A DNA stretch of 60,416 nt, the filler included. It is 5 parts of 5 records of this genome, joined end to end, with 100 filler letters (N's around TTAATTAATTAA, not from the genome) between each part and the next. Parts side by side here need not be neighbours in the genome. Positions count along the whole stretch, not along the records: positions 1 to 21,222 come from DRR723986_4809; 4 more parts are not named here. One strand, written 5' to 3'. A model generated the notes under the pieces. It was not told the origin of the DNA, ran no database searches, and saw nothing but the letters and a program-made list of their open reading frames with translations. The first letter of the stretch is position 1; each line of letters begins with the position of its first letter. Of this stretch, positions 1 to 9,311 are shown piece after piece. Both the position numbers and the translations under genes were made by a program.

Positions 1-912
1 GTGCTTGATGATACCGCCGATGTAGTACAGAGCTGTTTCAGACAGGCCGCCGTAAGCGTCGCCAGTAAACAGGTTTTGGCCGTCTTTGCTCAGTGACATG
101 TGCACGTGCATACCGCTACCGTTGTCGCCGACAACTGGCTTGGGCATGAAAGTAGCGGTCTTGCCGTAGGCGTGAGCGACGTTGTGTACGCAGTACTTAA
201 GTACCTGTACTTCGTCAGCTTTTTTCACAGCAGAGTTAGGGCCAACACCGATTTCACACTGACCAGCAGTACCTACTTCGTGGTGGTGTACTTCAACTTC
301 CAGACCCATGTCGGTCATTGCGTTACACATTGCTGCGCGCAGGTCGTGCAGGCTGTCGACGGGTGGTACGGGGAAGTAACCGCCTTTAACGCCAGGACGG
401 TGACCAGTGTTGCCTTCTTCGAAGCTGTTGCCAGAAACCCAGGCGGCTTCGTCAGAAGAAATCGCGTAGCTCGCGCCTTCCATTGCCACTTTCCACTTCA
501 CGTCGTCAAACACGAAGAACTCGGGCTCTGGGCCAAACAGGGCGCTGTCGGCGATGCCGGCAGAGCGCATGTAGTCTTCGGCGCGCTGAGCGATAGAGCG
601 TGGGTCACGGTTGTAGCCCTGCATAGTAGAAGGCTCAACGATGCCGCAGCGAATGATAATAGTGGGTTCGTCGGTGAAGGGGTCGAGAACAGAGGCCTCG
701 TCGTCCGGCATGAGGATCATGTCTGACTCGTTAATGCCTTTCCAGCCTGAGATCGATGAGCCATCGAACATTTTGCCTTCTTCGAAGAAGCCCGCGTCGA
801 TTTCGCTCACCGGCATGGTGACGTGTTGTTCTTTACCTTTAGTGTCGGTGAAGCGCAGGTCCGCCCACTTCACGTCATTATCGGCGATTAACTTCAGAGT
901 GTTCTCTGACAT
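1..912 (-). CDS. glnA: Glutamine synthetase type I (3' end runs off the window)
   Basis: Reverse strand from ATG at 912 reads [34 protein letters not shown]...FDGSSI; GGAGGA RBS at 921-926. Not in the ORF track because it is open at the edge. Confidence 0.97.
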   Translation of the reverse strand, partial: MSENTLKLIADNDVKWADLRFTDTKGKEQHVTMPVSEIDAGFFEEGKMFDGSSISGWKGINESDMILMPDDEASVLDPFTDEPTIIIRCGIVEPSTMQGYNRDPRSIAQRAEDYMRSAGIADSALFGPEPEFFVFDDVKWKVAMEGASYAISSDEAAWVSGNSFEEGNTGHRPGVKGGYFPVPPVDSLHDLRAAMCNAMTDMGLEVEVHHHEVGTAGQCEIGVGPNSAVKKADEVQVLKYCVHNVAHAYGKTATFMPKPVVGDNGSGMHVHMSLSKDGQNLFTGDAYGGLSETALYYIGGIIKH

Positions 913-1082
913 TCTTAACATCCTCCAATATAGAGTCTTGTAGTCGATTCGGCGTGGCCGAAAGCAGTGGCGATTATAGGTTCATTGCCGCGTGCCGCAT
1001 AGCGACATCTGCATAGAACCGAAAGTAAACACGCATATGCGCTGCGGGCCGTGGCGCCGCTGTTTCTGTTCGAAATTTATAG

Positions 1083-1098
1083 AGCAATATGCGTGCCA
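1083..1098 (-). promoter_or_regulatory. Sigma54 (-24/-12) promoter for glnA
   Basis: Minus strand TGGCACG-CATA-TTGCT is a perfect match to TGGCACG-N4-TTGCW and points at glnA. Confidence 0.9.
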
Positions 1099-1178
1099 TA
1101 TTTTTGTGCTGGTTTTTTGTTCAAAATCCGAGCGAAAAACCCACTTTGCCTGAAAACTGTGCGTTTTGCCAAAAAGTG

Positions 1179-1216
1179 CGCACCAATATAGTGCTCTAGT
1201 GTTTCATTTTGGTGCG
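1179..1216. promoter_or_regulatory. Two NtrC-type enhancer sites
   Basis: CGCACCAATATAGTGCT (1179-1195) and TGTTTCATTTTGGTGCG (1200-1216) resemble TGCACCA-N3-TGGTGCA; they are 21 bp apart and about 80-120 bp upstream of the sigma54 site. Confidence 0.8.
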
Positions 1217-1259
1217 CTGTCGGGGTTTCTGCGGAGCTGAAGCGTTTTAAGTGAACCGC

Positions 1260-1273
1260 TATAATGCCCGCCC
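1260..1273 (+). promoter_or_regulatory. Sigma70 -10 element with GC-rich discriminator for thiI
   Basis: TATAAT followed by GCCCGCCC, about 30 nt upstream of the thiI start. Confidence 0.55.
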
Positions 1274-1294
1274 AGCTATCTCCGTGGTGCCACA

Positions 1295-2749
1295 ATGAAG
1301 TTCATCGTAAAGCTCTTCCCTGAAATTATCATCAAGAGCAAGCCTGTTCGCAAAAAGTTCATCAAACAGTTGCGCGATAACCTGCGCAAGCTGCTGATCC
1401 CAATTGACCCTGAACTCCAGATCGTTCGTGAGTGGGACCGTATCACTATTGAAACCCAGTGTCGTGCCGACGCCGATATTGCGGCGATATTGGCAGTGTT
1501 GAGTAATACCCCGGGCATTGCTCATGTCGTCGAGGTGGCCGAGTACCCCCTGGTAGATGTGCACGATATCTATGAAAAGGTCCGGGATGCTGTTGGCGAT
1601 AGCTTGCGTGGCAAAACCTTTGCGGTGCGCTGCAAGCGCACGGGTGATCACGAGTTCAATTCCAATGAGGTAGAACGCTACGTCGGTGGTGGCTTAAATC
1701 AGTATTCAGAAACGGGTGGGGTGAAGCTGAAAAACCCCGACGAAGTGGTGCGCGTCGAAGTCCGCCACAATCAGTTCTTTGTTGTCAGGCGACGCCACGA
1801 GGGGCTGGGTGGCTACCCCATTGGCACCGTCGACTCCGTTGTTAGCCTGATTTCCGGCGGCTTTGACTCCACAGTGTCCAGTTACATGACAATGAAGCGG
1901 GGCATGCGCACGCATTTTTGCTTTTTCAATCTCGGTGGTCGTGAGCACGAGGTGGGAGTAAAGGAAGTCGCGCTGTATCTCTGGCAGAAGTTTGGTGCGT
2001 CGCACCGAGTGAAATTTATCAGCGTGCCATTTGAAGATGTTGTCGCCGAAATTTTGAAGAATGTTGAGAACTCACAGATGGGGGTGATTCTCAAGCGCAT
2101 GATGTTGCGCGCTGCCGAACAGGTGGCGGCGGAGCTGGAGGCGCCAGCGCTGGTGACGGGTGAGGCGGTGTCTCAGGTGAGTAGTCAGACGCTAACCAAC
2201 CTCTCTGTGATCGATCAGGTGACTGATACCCTGGTGTTGCGCCCGCTGATCACCACCGACAAGCTGGACATTATCAATACCGCGTCCAGAATTGGCACCG
2301 AGCAATTTGCCGCGAATATGCCTGAATACTGCGGTGTGATTTCTGTGAAGCCCACCACGCGCGCGCGCCCGGAGCGGATTGCTGCGGAGGAAGAGAAGTT
2401 CGACTTTTCAGTGCTTGAGCGCGCGGTTGCCAGTGCCAAATATATCAACATCGACAAATTGGCAGATGAAGAAGTCAGCCATACCGAGGTCGAGGTGCTG
2501 CCGATTCCCTTGGCTGAAGCCGTGGTGCTGGATGTGCGCCATCCCGATGAAGTTGACCGCAAGCCGCTCAGGTTGGAGCGCAATCGCGTGGCGTGCATGC
2601 CCTTTTATGAATTGCATAAGCGCTGCGTTGAGCTCGATCGCGACACGGTCTACCAGCTGTATTGCGACAAGGGGGTGATGAGTCGTCTGCATGCTGCACA
2701 CCTGCTTGAGCAGGGTTATGACAACATCAAGGTGTATCGCCCCTCATGA
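1295..2749 (+). CDS. thiI: tRNA 4-thiouridine synthase ThiI with C-terminal rhodanese domain
   Basis: THUMP region, PP-loop LISGGFDS, MPEYCGVIS and rhodanese YCDKGVMSRLHA. Confidence 0.97.
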   Translation: MKFIVKLFPEIIIKSKPVRKKFIKQLRDNLRKLLIPIDPELQIVREWDRITIETQCRADADIAAILAVLSNTPGIAHVVEVAEYPLVDVHDIYEKVRDAVGDSLRGKTFAVRCKRTGDHEFNSNEVERYVGGGLNQYSETGGVKLKNPDEVVRVEVRHNQFFVVRRRHEGLGGYPIGTVDSVVSLISGGFDSTVSSYMTMKRGMRTHFCFFNLGGREHEVGVKEVALYLWQKFGASHRVKFISVPFEDVVAEILKNVENSQMGVILKRMMLRAAEQVAAELEAPALVTGEAVSQVSSQTLTNLSVIDQVTDTLVLRPLITTDKLDIINTASRIGTEQFAANMPEYCGVISVKPTTRARPERIAAEEEKFDFSVLERAVASAKYINIDKLADEEVSHTEVEVLPIPLAEAVVLDVRHPDEVDRKPLRLERNRVACMPFYELHKRCVELDRDTVYQLYCDKGVMSRLHAAHLLEQGYDNIKVYRPS

Positions 2750-3165
2750 CTATCTACACACAACCGCCGTTATTTGATGTCGAGATAGCACCTCGCTGGG
2801 CCGATCAAGACAGCCTGGGGCATATCAATCACGTGCAGTACTTCTCTTATCTTGAAGAGGCGCGAGTGCACTGGCTGCGCTCCGAGGAAATGCTAGCCCT
2901 GGGCGGCTTTCGGCTTGTGATTGCGGCCATCGCTTTGAATTACCGGCAGGAGTGGCGACACGGCCGATCGCTGCGGGCGCGCGCCTGGGTTACGCGCGTG
3001 GGGAACAGTAGCTTTAGTTTGCGGCAAGCGCTATTTAGTGACGATGGTGAGCAGCTGGTGGCAGAGGGCGATGCCACCCTGGTGCATGTGAATGAGGGTC
3101 ACCGGCCGGAGGCCATTTCTGCTGCTGCCAGGGCCGTACTGGCGCGGTCGCTGATCGAAAGCTAG
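2746..3165 (+). CDS. Acyl-CoA thioesterase (4HBT/hotdog family)
   Basis: RWADQDSLGHINHVQYFSYLEEAR motif; ATGA overlap with the thiI stop. Confidence 0.9.
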   Translation: MTIYTQPPLFDVEIAPRWADQDSLGHINHVQYFSYLEEARVHWLRSEEMLALGGFRLVIAAIALNYRQEWRHGRSLRARAWVTRVGNSSFSLRQALFSDDGEQLVAEGDATLVHVNEGHRPEAISAAARAVLARSLIES

Positions 3166-3178
3166 CGCTTTTGCCGCG

Positions 3179-3613
3179 TCAGGGCGTAGCCAAATTGAAG
3201 TTATACAGTTTGAAGCGTTGATCTTGCAGGGTCAGCGTTGCGGTCATGATCGCGCTGCCGTTTTCGAAATAAAGCTTGCTGCTGTAACTGAGTCGCGGCG
3301 AGTCTGCAAAGAGAGATAGGGCGCCACTCAGGCGAGAAAAGCGCAGTTCGTCCATGCGCTGATATTGCCCTAAATGCTGGTATTGCGCGCTGAGTGCAGC
3401 CAGTTGCTTATCATTGACTTGCGCCAATGTTTCGCGGCTGAGCTGGGCGCGCAGCGCTGCGGGCTGCCAGCTCGAAATGCTGCTAAGTGCCGTGTCTAAA
3501 TAACTGCGCGCGGGCTCGCCGTACTGCTCTTCGACTTGGCTGCTGTAGTAATACAGGCCACCAAAGGCAATGAGGCCAACCAAAATAAAGCTGCGGAGCA
3601 GGGTGCTGTTCAC
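3179..3613 (-). CDS. Hypothetical membrane-anchored protein
   Basis: 144-aa ORF with an N-terminal hydrophobic helix, directly downstream of the NSS transporter. Confidence 0.75.
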   Translation of the reverse strand: MNSTLLRSFILVGLIAFGGLYYYSSQVEEQYGEPARSYLDTALSSISSWQPAALRAQLSRETLAQVNDKQLAALSAQYQHLGQYQRMDELRFSRLSGALSLFADSPRLSYSSKLYFENGSAIMTATLTLQDQRFKLYNFNLATP

Positions 3614-3642
3614 AAGTGATCCTAAATGAGGTGCTAACGGTA

Positions 3643-4989
3643 TCAGTGGCGCATAAGCCAGCCGAGTAGGCCCAGGCTGTGCAGGAACACCGCGATAATG
3701 CCCAGTGGTGCAATGTAGCGCAACAAAAAGCGCCAGGCTTTGAAGACCTTGGTGTGCAATATGCCGGTTTCGTCGAACACCCGGTCGCTAGGCATCAGCC
3801 AGCCGACAAATACCGCGATTAACAGGCCGCCAAGCGGCAGCATAACGTTGGCCGTCAGGTAGTCTAGGGCGTTGAACACGGACTCGTAATGAATACTCGC
3901 GATGCCGCCCAGCCAGGCGATGCCGGCCAAGCCGAAGGTGGATACCGGCCGCTTGACGCCGTGCTTTTCCAGCCACGCGACGCCCGGCTCAATAAGGGAG
4001 ATCGACGAACTGAGCGCGGCGATGCTCACCAGCGTGAAAAACAGGGTGCCGAAAAAGATGCCGCCGCTCATGTTGGAGAAGGCGATCGGCAGTGTGACAA
4101 ACATCAGCCCCGGCCCTTGGCCCGGTGTTAAGTCGTTAGCGAAGACCAGCGGGAACATCGCCATGCCCGCCAATAGGGCAATAATGGTATCCAGTGCGGC
4201 GATCGTCATGACGGTTTTGCCGATGGACGAATGCCCGGGAAAGTATGCGCCGTAGGCCATGATGGCGCCCATGCCAAGGCTCAGGGTAAAGAAGGCGTGC
4301 CCCATCGCTACCAGTATTGCCTCGCCGTTTAGGCGGCTAAAATCCGTGTCGAACATAAAGTGCAGCCCGGCTTCGAAATCGCCGTTTACTGCGCTGTAGC
4401 CCACCAGTAGTAACAGGAAGAAAAACAGCATGGGCATCAAAATGTCGACGGCCTTGCCGATGCCCTGTGTGACCCCCGCTGCCACAACGCCGGCAGTGAG
4501 CACGCAGAACACGCTGTGCCAAAGCAGCTGTTGGCTGTTGCTGGCGAGTAAGCCGCTGAAATTGCTCTCGATTTGTGCCGGGTCTAAATTGCTGTAAGTG
4601 CCGCCGATACTCTGTGATACGTATTCCAACGCCCAGCCAGCGACAACGCTGTAAAACATCATGATAAGCAGGCCGGCGAGCATGCCGACACCCCCGATCA
4701 CGCCCCAGTAGCGACTGCGTCCGCTTTCTTTTGCCAGTTTGGCCATTGAGTCGGCGGGGTCGCTGCGCCCGGCGCGGCCGAGCATAACTTCAGCAATCAT
4801 CACGGGAATGCCGATCATCAATATGCAGGCGAGATAAACCAGTACAAATGCACCGCCGCCATATTCACCGGTGATGTAGGGAAATTTCCAAATGTTGCCA
4901 AGGCCGACGGCTGAGCCTGTGGCGGCAAGTATAAATGTCCAGCGCGATTTCCATGTCACGCCCTCGGGGGCCGAAAGGGCTTTACTCAT
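3643..4989 (-). CDS. Sodium-dependent transporter, neurotransmitter:sodium symporter (NSS) family
   Basis: WKSRWTFILAATGSAVGLGNIWKFPY...YGGGAF signature; multiple TM helices. Confidence 0.95.
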   Translation of the reverse strand: MSKALSAPEGVTWKSRWTFILAATGSAVGLGNIWKFPYITGEYGGGAFVLVYLACILMIGIPVMIAEVMLGRAGRSDPADSMAKLAKESGRSRYWGVIGGVGMLAGLLIMMFYSVVAGWALEYVSQSIGGTYSNLDPAQIESNFSGLLASNSQQLLWHSVFCVLTAGVVAAGVTQGIGKAVDILMPMLFFFLLLLVGYSAVNGDFEAGLHFMFDTDFSRLNGEAILVAMGHAFFTLSLGMGAIMAYGAYFPGHSSIGKTVMTIAALDTIIALLAGMAMFPLVFANDLTPGQGPGLMFVTLPIAFSNMSGGIFFGTLFFTLVSIAALSSSISLIEPGVAWLEKHGVKRPVSTFGLAGIAWLGGIASIHYESVFNALDYLTANVMLPLGGLLIAVFVGWLMPSDRVFDETGILHTKVFKAWRFLLRYIAPLGIIAVFLHSLGLLGWLMRH

Positions 4990-5177
4990 ATTATTTTTCC
5001 GTCGCGGGAAGGCTTTTTTGGGAATTGTAGCGGTAAATGGTACTTCGGCCCAAGGTTTGGCCAGTGCGGTGGCCGAGGAAACACTGGCAATATGTCGTAG
5101 ATGCTGATGAGTTGTGCGTATCTCGGCGCCGCTGGTGTATACTGCGCGCCCAAATTTATCCGACGACGACCTCGCCC

Positions 5178-6986
5178 ATGATTGATAAGCTGCGCAATAT
5201 TGCCATCATCGCCCACGTTGACCACGGTAAAACGACCCTGGTTGATAAACTGCTGAGTCAGTCGGGTACGCTCGACCGCCGCAACCAAGACACCGAGCGT
5301 GTTATGGACTCCAATGATCAGGAGAAAGAGCGCGGCATTACCATCCTTGCTAAGAACACCGCGATCCGCTGGAACGACTACCGCATTAATATTGTGGACA
5401 CCCCAGGGCACGCCGACTTTGGCGGTGAAGTTGAGCGGGTGTTGTCGATGGTTGATTGTGTACTGCTGCTGGTAGACGCCGTAGACGGCCCTATGCCGCA
5501 GACACGCTTCGTTACACAAAAAGCGTTCGAGCGCGGTCTCAAGCCCATTGTTGTCGTCAATAAAGTCGACCGCCCAGGCTCTCGCCCTGACTGGGTAATC
5601 GACCAGGTCTTTGACTTGTTCGACCGCCTGGGTGCGACCGACGAACAGCTTGATTTCCCCATCATTTACGCATCTGCCTTGAACGGTATTGCAGGCCCAG
5701 AGGCCGACGAGCTGGCGGAGGATATGACGCCGCTGTTTGAGATGATCGTGGATAAAGTGCCTTCGCCGGATGTCGATGTTGACGGCCCGCTGCAAATGCA
5801 AATTTCAGCGCTGGACTACAACAGCTATGTCGGCGTTATCGGTGTTGGCCGCATCACTCGCGGTACCATGAAGCCCAATGAGCAGGTTGTGGTTGTTGGC
5901 GCCGATGGTAAGCAGCGCAAAGGGCGTGTGCTCACGGTGATGGGTTATCACGGTCTGGAGCGTGTTGAAGTCGAGCAAGCACAAGCCGGCGATATTGTAT
6001 GTATCACCGGTATCGAAGGCTTAAATATTTCCGATACCATCTGTTCGCCCAGTCAGCCGGAAGCGTTGCCAGCGCTGACCGTTGACGAGCCCACAGTCAG
6101 TATGACCTTCCAGGTTAACGATTCACCGTTTGCCGGTTTGGAAGGCAAGTTTGTTACCTCGCGTAATATCAACGACCGTCTCCAGCAAGAGCTGATCCAC
6201 AATGTGGCGCTGCGGGTTGAGCAGGGCGACAGCCCCGACAAATTCAAAGTGTCCGGTCGCGGTGAGCTGCACTTGTCGGTATTGATTGAAACCATGCGTC
6301 GCGAGGGTTTTGAGCTGGGTGTGTCACGTCCTGAAGTTGTTCAGCGAGAAATTGACGGTGTTCTGCAAGAGCCCTACGAGCAGGTCGTTATCGACGTTGA
6401 AGAGCAGCACCAAGGTGCCGTCATGGAAGAATTGGGGCTGCGCAAGGCAGAGCTGACCAACATGGAGCCCGATGGCAAAGGTCGCGTTAAGCTTGAGTTT
6501 ATTGCGCCTGCGCGTGGCCTGATCGGCTTCCGTGGTCAATTCCTGACGCTGACCTCGGGCAGCGGCATTATGACCACAGTCTTCGACCACTACGGTGAAG
6601 TGAAGGGCGGTGAGATGGCCAAGCGCCAAAACGGCGTATTGGTCTCGATGGTGAAGGGCAAAACCCTTGCCTACGGTTTGTTTAACCTGCAGGATCGCGG
6701 CCGCTTGTTCCTCGGCCACGCTGAGGAAATTTACGAAGGGCAGATTATCGGTTTGCACAGCCGTAGCAACGACCTGGTGGTGAATGCGACCAAGGCCAAG
6801 CAGCTGACTAACGTTCGCGCTTCTGGCACCGATGACGCGCTGACGCTGACGCCGCCGGTACGTCATACCCTTGAGCAAGCGCTCGAGTTTATTGAAGACG
6901 ACGAGTTGGTGGAAGTGACGCCGAAGAGTATTCGCCTGCGTAAAAAGCTGCTAACGGAAAACGAGCGCAAACGCGCGGCAAAATAA
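5178..6986 (+). CDS. typA: Translational GTPase TypA/BipA
   Basis: Likely start [20 protein letters not shown] at 5178; [19 protein letters not shown]-terminal [11 protein letters not shown]. Confidence 0.98.
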   Translation: MIDKLRNIAIIAHVDHGKTTLVDKLLSQSGTLDRRNQDTERVMDSNDQEKERGITILAKNTAIRWNDYRINIVDTPGHADFGGEVERVLSMVDCVLLLVDAVDGPMPQTRFVTQKAFERGLKPIVVVNKVDRPGSRPDWVIDQVFDLFDRLGATDEQLDFPIIYASALNGIAGPEADELAEDMTPLFEMIVDKVPSPDVDVDGPLQMQISALDYNSYVGVIGVGRITRGTMKPNEQVVVVGADGKQRKGRVLTVMGYHGLERVEVEQAQAGDIVCITGIEGLNISDTICSPSQPEALPALTVDEPTVSMTFQVNDSPFAGLEGKFVTSRNINDRLQQELIHNVALRVEQGDSPDKFKVSGRGELHLSVLIETMRREGFELGVSRPEVVQREIDGVLQEPYEQVVIDVEEQHQGAVMEELGLRKAELTNMEPDGKGRVKLEFIAPARGLIGFRGQFLTLTSGSGIMTTVFDHYGEVKGGEMAKRQNGVLVSMVKGKTLAYGLFNLQDRGRLFLGHAEEIYEGQIIGLHSRSNDLVVNATKAKQLTNVRASGTDDALTLTPPVRHTLEQALEFIEDDELVEVTPKSIRLRKKLLTENERKRAAK

Positions 6987-7070
6987 TTTGCCTGGGGCGA
7001 GGGCGGGCAAGCCGTCCCTCGCTGCGCTACACTGAAGGTCTCCGCTGTTAATCGACCTCAGGTGCGCTGA

Positions 7071-8048
7071 ATGTTGGCACTTTATCCCGATATCAAACCT
7101 TATCAACGTCATCGTCTGGCTGTTCAAGCCCCCCACGTTCTCTATGTAGAAGAATCTGGTAACCCGGACGGTATCCCCGTGCTATTTGTGCACGGCGGTC
7201 CCGGTGCAGGTTGCAGCCCTAAGGCGCGCTGCTTTTTCGACCCAGAAGTCTACCGCATTATTTTGTTTGACCAGCGCGGCTGTGGCCAATCCGAGCCCCA
7301 TGCCTGTTTGGACAACAATACGACGCAAGCGCTGATCGAAGATATGGAAGCTATTCGAGAGCATTTGGGTGTACATCACTGGGTGCTGTTTGGTGGCTCC
7401 TGGGGATCCACGCTCAGTATTGCCTATGCACAACGTCACCCGAGCCGCCTGCTGGCGATGATATTGCGCGGTATATTTTTGTGCCGTCCTCAGGAGCTTC
7501 AGTGGTTTTACGAGGAGGGAGGTGCGAGCCGCGTTTTTCCCGATTACTGGCAGGAGTTTGATGAGGCTGCCCATCGCCAGCCCAGTGAGAGCTGGATCGA
7601 GGCTTATCACCGGCAGTTGCACGGCAGTAATGAACTGGCGCGGATGTCCGCCGCAAAGGCTTGGTGCCACTGGGAGGGGCGCTGCTCAACGCTGCGCCCT
7701 AACCACGATGTTGAGTCGCATTTGTTGGACGCTCACACCGCTGTGGCGATGGCGCATATCGAGAATCACTTTTTCCGCAGTGACCCGTACCTGTTGAATC
7801 AGGAAGTCCTGGAGAATATGTCGGCGCTGGCAGATATCCCCGGGGTTATTGTCCACGGTCGTTACGATATGATCTGCCCGCTGGACAATGCGATGACACT
7901 ATCGCAATACTGGCCAGCCGCCGAGTTGTTCGTGGTTCGCGATGCCGGGCACTCCGCTTTTGAGCCGAGCATGAGTGATGCCCTGGTTAAGGCGACAGAT
8001 GAGATTGCCGAGGTGCTGGTACGGCAGTTTTCGGGCGAGGGCGCATAA
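7071..8048 (+). CDS. pip: Proline iminopeptidase
   Basis: HGGPG, DQRGCG, GGSWG nucleophile, GRYD and AGH catalytic motifs. Confidence 0.95.
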   Translation: MLALYPDIKPYQRHRLAVQAPHVLYVEESGNPDGIPVLFVHGGPGAGCSPKARCFFDPEVYRIILFDQRGCGQSEPHACLDNNTTQALIEDMEAIREHLGVHHWVLFGGSWGSTLSIAYAQRHPSRLLAMILRGIFLCRPQELQWFYEEGGASRVFPDYWQEFDEAAHRQPSESWIEAYHRQLHGSNELARMSAAKAWCHWEGRCSTLRPNHDVESHLLDAHTAVAMAHIENHFFRSDPYLLNQEVLENMSALADIPGVIVHGRYDMICPLDNAMTLSQYWPAAELFVVRDAGHSAFEPSMSDALVKATDEIAEVLVRQFSGEGA

Positions 8049-8081
8049 TACTGCGCCACGGATTTACGTATTGAGAATTGA

Positions 8082-8519
8082 ATGAAAGCATTACTTCAAC
8101 GGGTTCGCCACGCAAAGGTTGAGGTTGATCAGCACTGTGTTGGTGAAATTAGTCAGGGAATATTGTTGTTTCTCGGGCTGGAAAAACACGACAGTGAAAC
8201 CGAGCTGGAAAAGTTATTGGAAAGGGTACTTAATTACCGCATATTTTCCGATGAGCAGGGGCGTATGAATTTGTCGCTGCGCGATATTGATGGCGGGCTG
8301 TTGGTGGTTTCCCAGTTTACTCTTGCGGCACAAACCAGTAAGGGGCGGCGCCCCGGATTTTCAACGGCCGCGGAACCCGAGCGCGCCCGCCAGCTTTACG
8401 ATCATGCCCTGGCGTGGCTTTCTCCTCGCCAGGCAAAACTGGCAAGCGGAGAGTTTGGCGCGGATATGCAGATCTCTCTACTCAATGACGGGCCGGTGAC
8501 TTTTCTACTGGAATCGTAA
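8082..8519 (+). CDS. dtd: D-aminoacyl-tRNA deacylase
   Basis: MKALLQRV, SQFTL, FGADM, NDGPVT. Confidence 0.97.
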   Translation: MKALLQRVRHAKVEVDQHCVGEISQGILLFLGLEKHDSETELEKLLERVLNYRIFSDEQGRMNLSLRDIDGGLLVVSQFTLAAQTSKGRRPGFSTAAEPERARQLYDHALAWLSPRQAKLASGEFGADMQISLLNDGPVTFLLES

Positions 8520-8675
8520 CGTTATCCCACTCCCGACAGATTTATGGCAACGCGGTTCCCGCGTTTTTGCCGTTTTTTGCGTCTGTGTCAACTTCTTCAC
8601 AAAGCCGGTTTTTTCGGTGAACTCAGTAATATGAGCTCGTCTAAAAGGCATCTATTGGCAAAAAAAGGATGTCTT

Positions 8676-9260
8676 ATGAAGCGCATTACATCGACTCTAA
8701 TGGTTCCCGCTGGCTTTCTTGCACTTGCGGTCAGCTCACCACTGATGGCAAAGGAATTTAGCTACAGTTATGCGGAATTAGGGGTGGCTGATATTGAGGT
8801 GGATGATCGCGATGGCGACTACCTTTATGGTGGCGGCTCGCTGGCCTTGGATCGCAATGTATTTATTCGCGCGTCAGTGGGTAATCTGGATTTTGACCCC
8901 GGTGAGGCCGATGTGGTGAGCCTCGGTGTGGGCCATCCGATGCGGATATCTGAGCGCAGCGACTTAGTATTGGCGCTGGACTACAGCTATACCGATCCCG
9001 ACCGGGGTGACAACGACATCGATACCTTGGCAGCGAGTTTGGAATCGCGCACCTGGCTGACCAATAATATAGAGGGTAATCTCAGTGCGGGTTATGCCCA
9101 CGCAGATTACGATAAGGGTGACGATAGCGGCGCTGTGCTTGGTGCTGGTGTGCGACTCTACGTGACGCCGCTGGTCTCTGTGGCAGCGGAGCTGAATCGC
9201 AGCTTTGTTGGCGACCTGGATACAGACAGCTTTGGCATTAGTGGCCGCGTGCAGTTTTAA
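8676..9260 (+). CDS. Small outer-membrane beta-barrel protein (Ax21-like)
   Basis: Signal peptide from MKRITSTL at 8676 (AAGGA RBS), mature start KEFSYSYAELG, amphipathic strands, terminal Phe. Confidence 0.8.
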   Translation: MKRITSTLMVPAGFLALAVSSPLMAKEFSYSYAELGVADIEVDDRDGDYLYGGGSLALDRNVFIRASVGNLDFDPGEADVVSLGVGHPMRISERSDLVLALDYSYTDPDRGDNDIDTLAASLESRTWLTNNIEGNLSAGYAHADYDKGDDSGAVLGAGVRLYVTPLVSVAAELNRSFVGDLDTDSFGISGRVQF

Positions 9261-9273
9261 CTGCGGCGGCGGC

Positions 9274-9305
9274 AAAAAAACGGCGCAGGGAGCGCCGTTT
9301 TTTTT
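9274..9305. terminator. Bidirectional intrinsic terminator
   Basis: AAAAAAACGGCGC-AGGGA-GCGCCGTTTTTTTT between the convergent OMP and RND genes. Confidence 0.9.
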
Positions 9306-9311
9306 CTCGCT

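Noticed and set aside
100-943. Plus-strand ORFs of 208 and 100 aa
   Set aside because: Antisense shadows of glnA.
5037-5177. N-terminal extensions given by the ORF track (typA, OMP, rraA, nnrS, TBDR, tctB, 55133 ORF)
   Set aside because: Family N-termini, signal peptides or RBS positions support the later starts used here.
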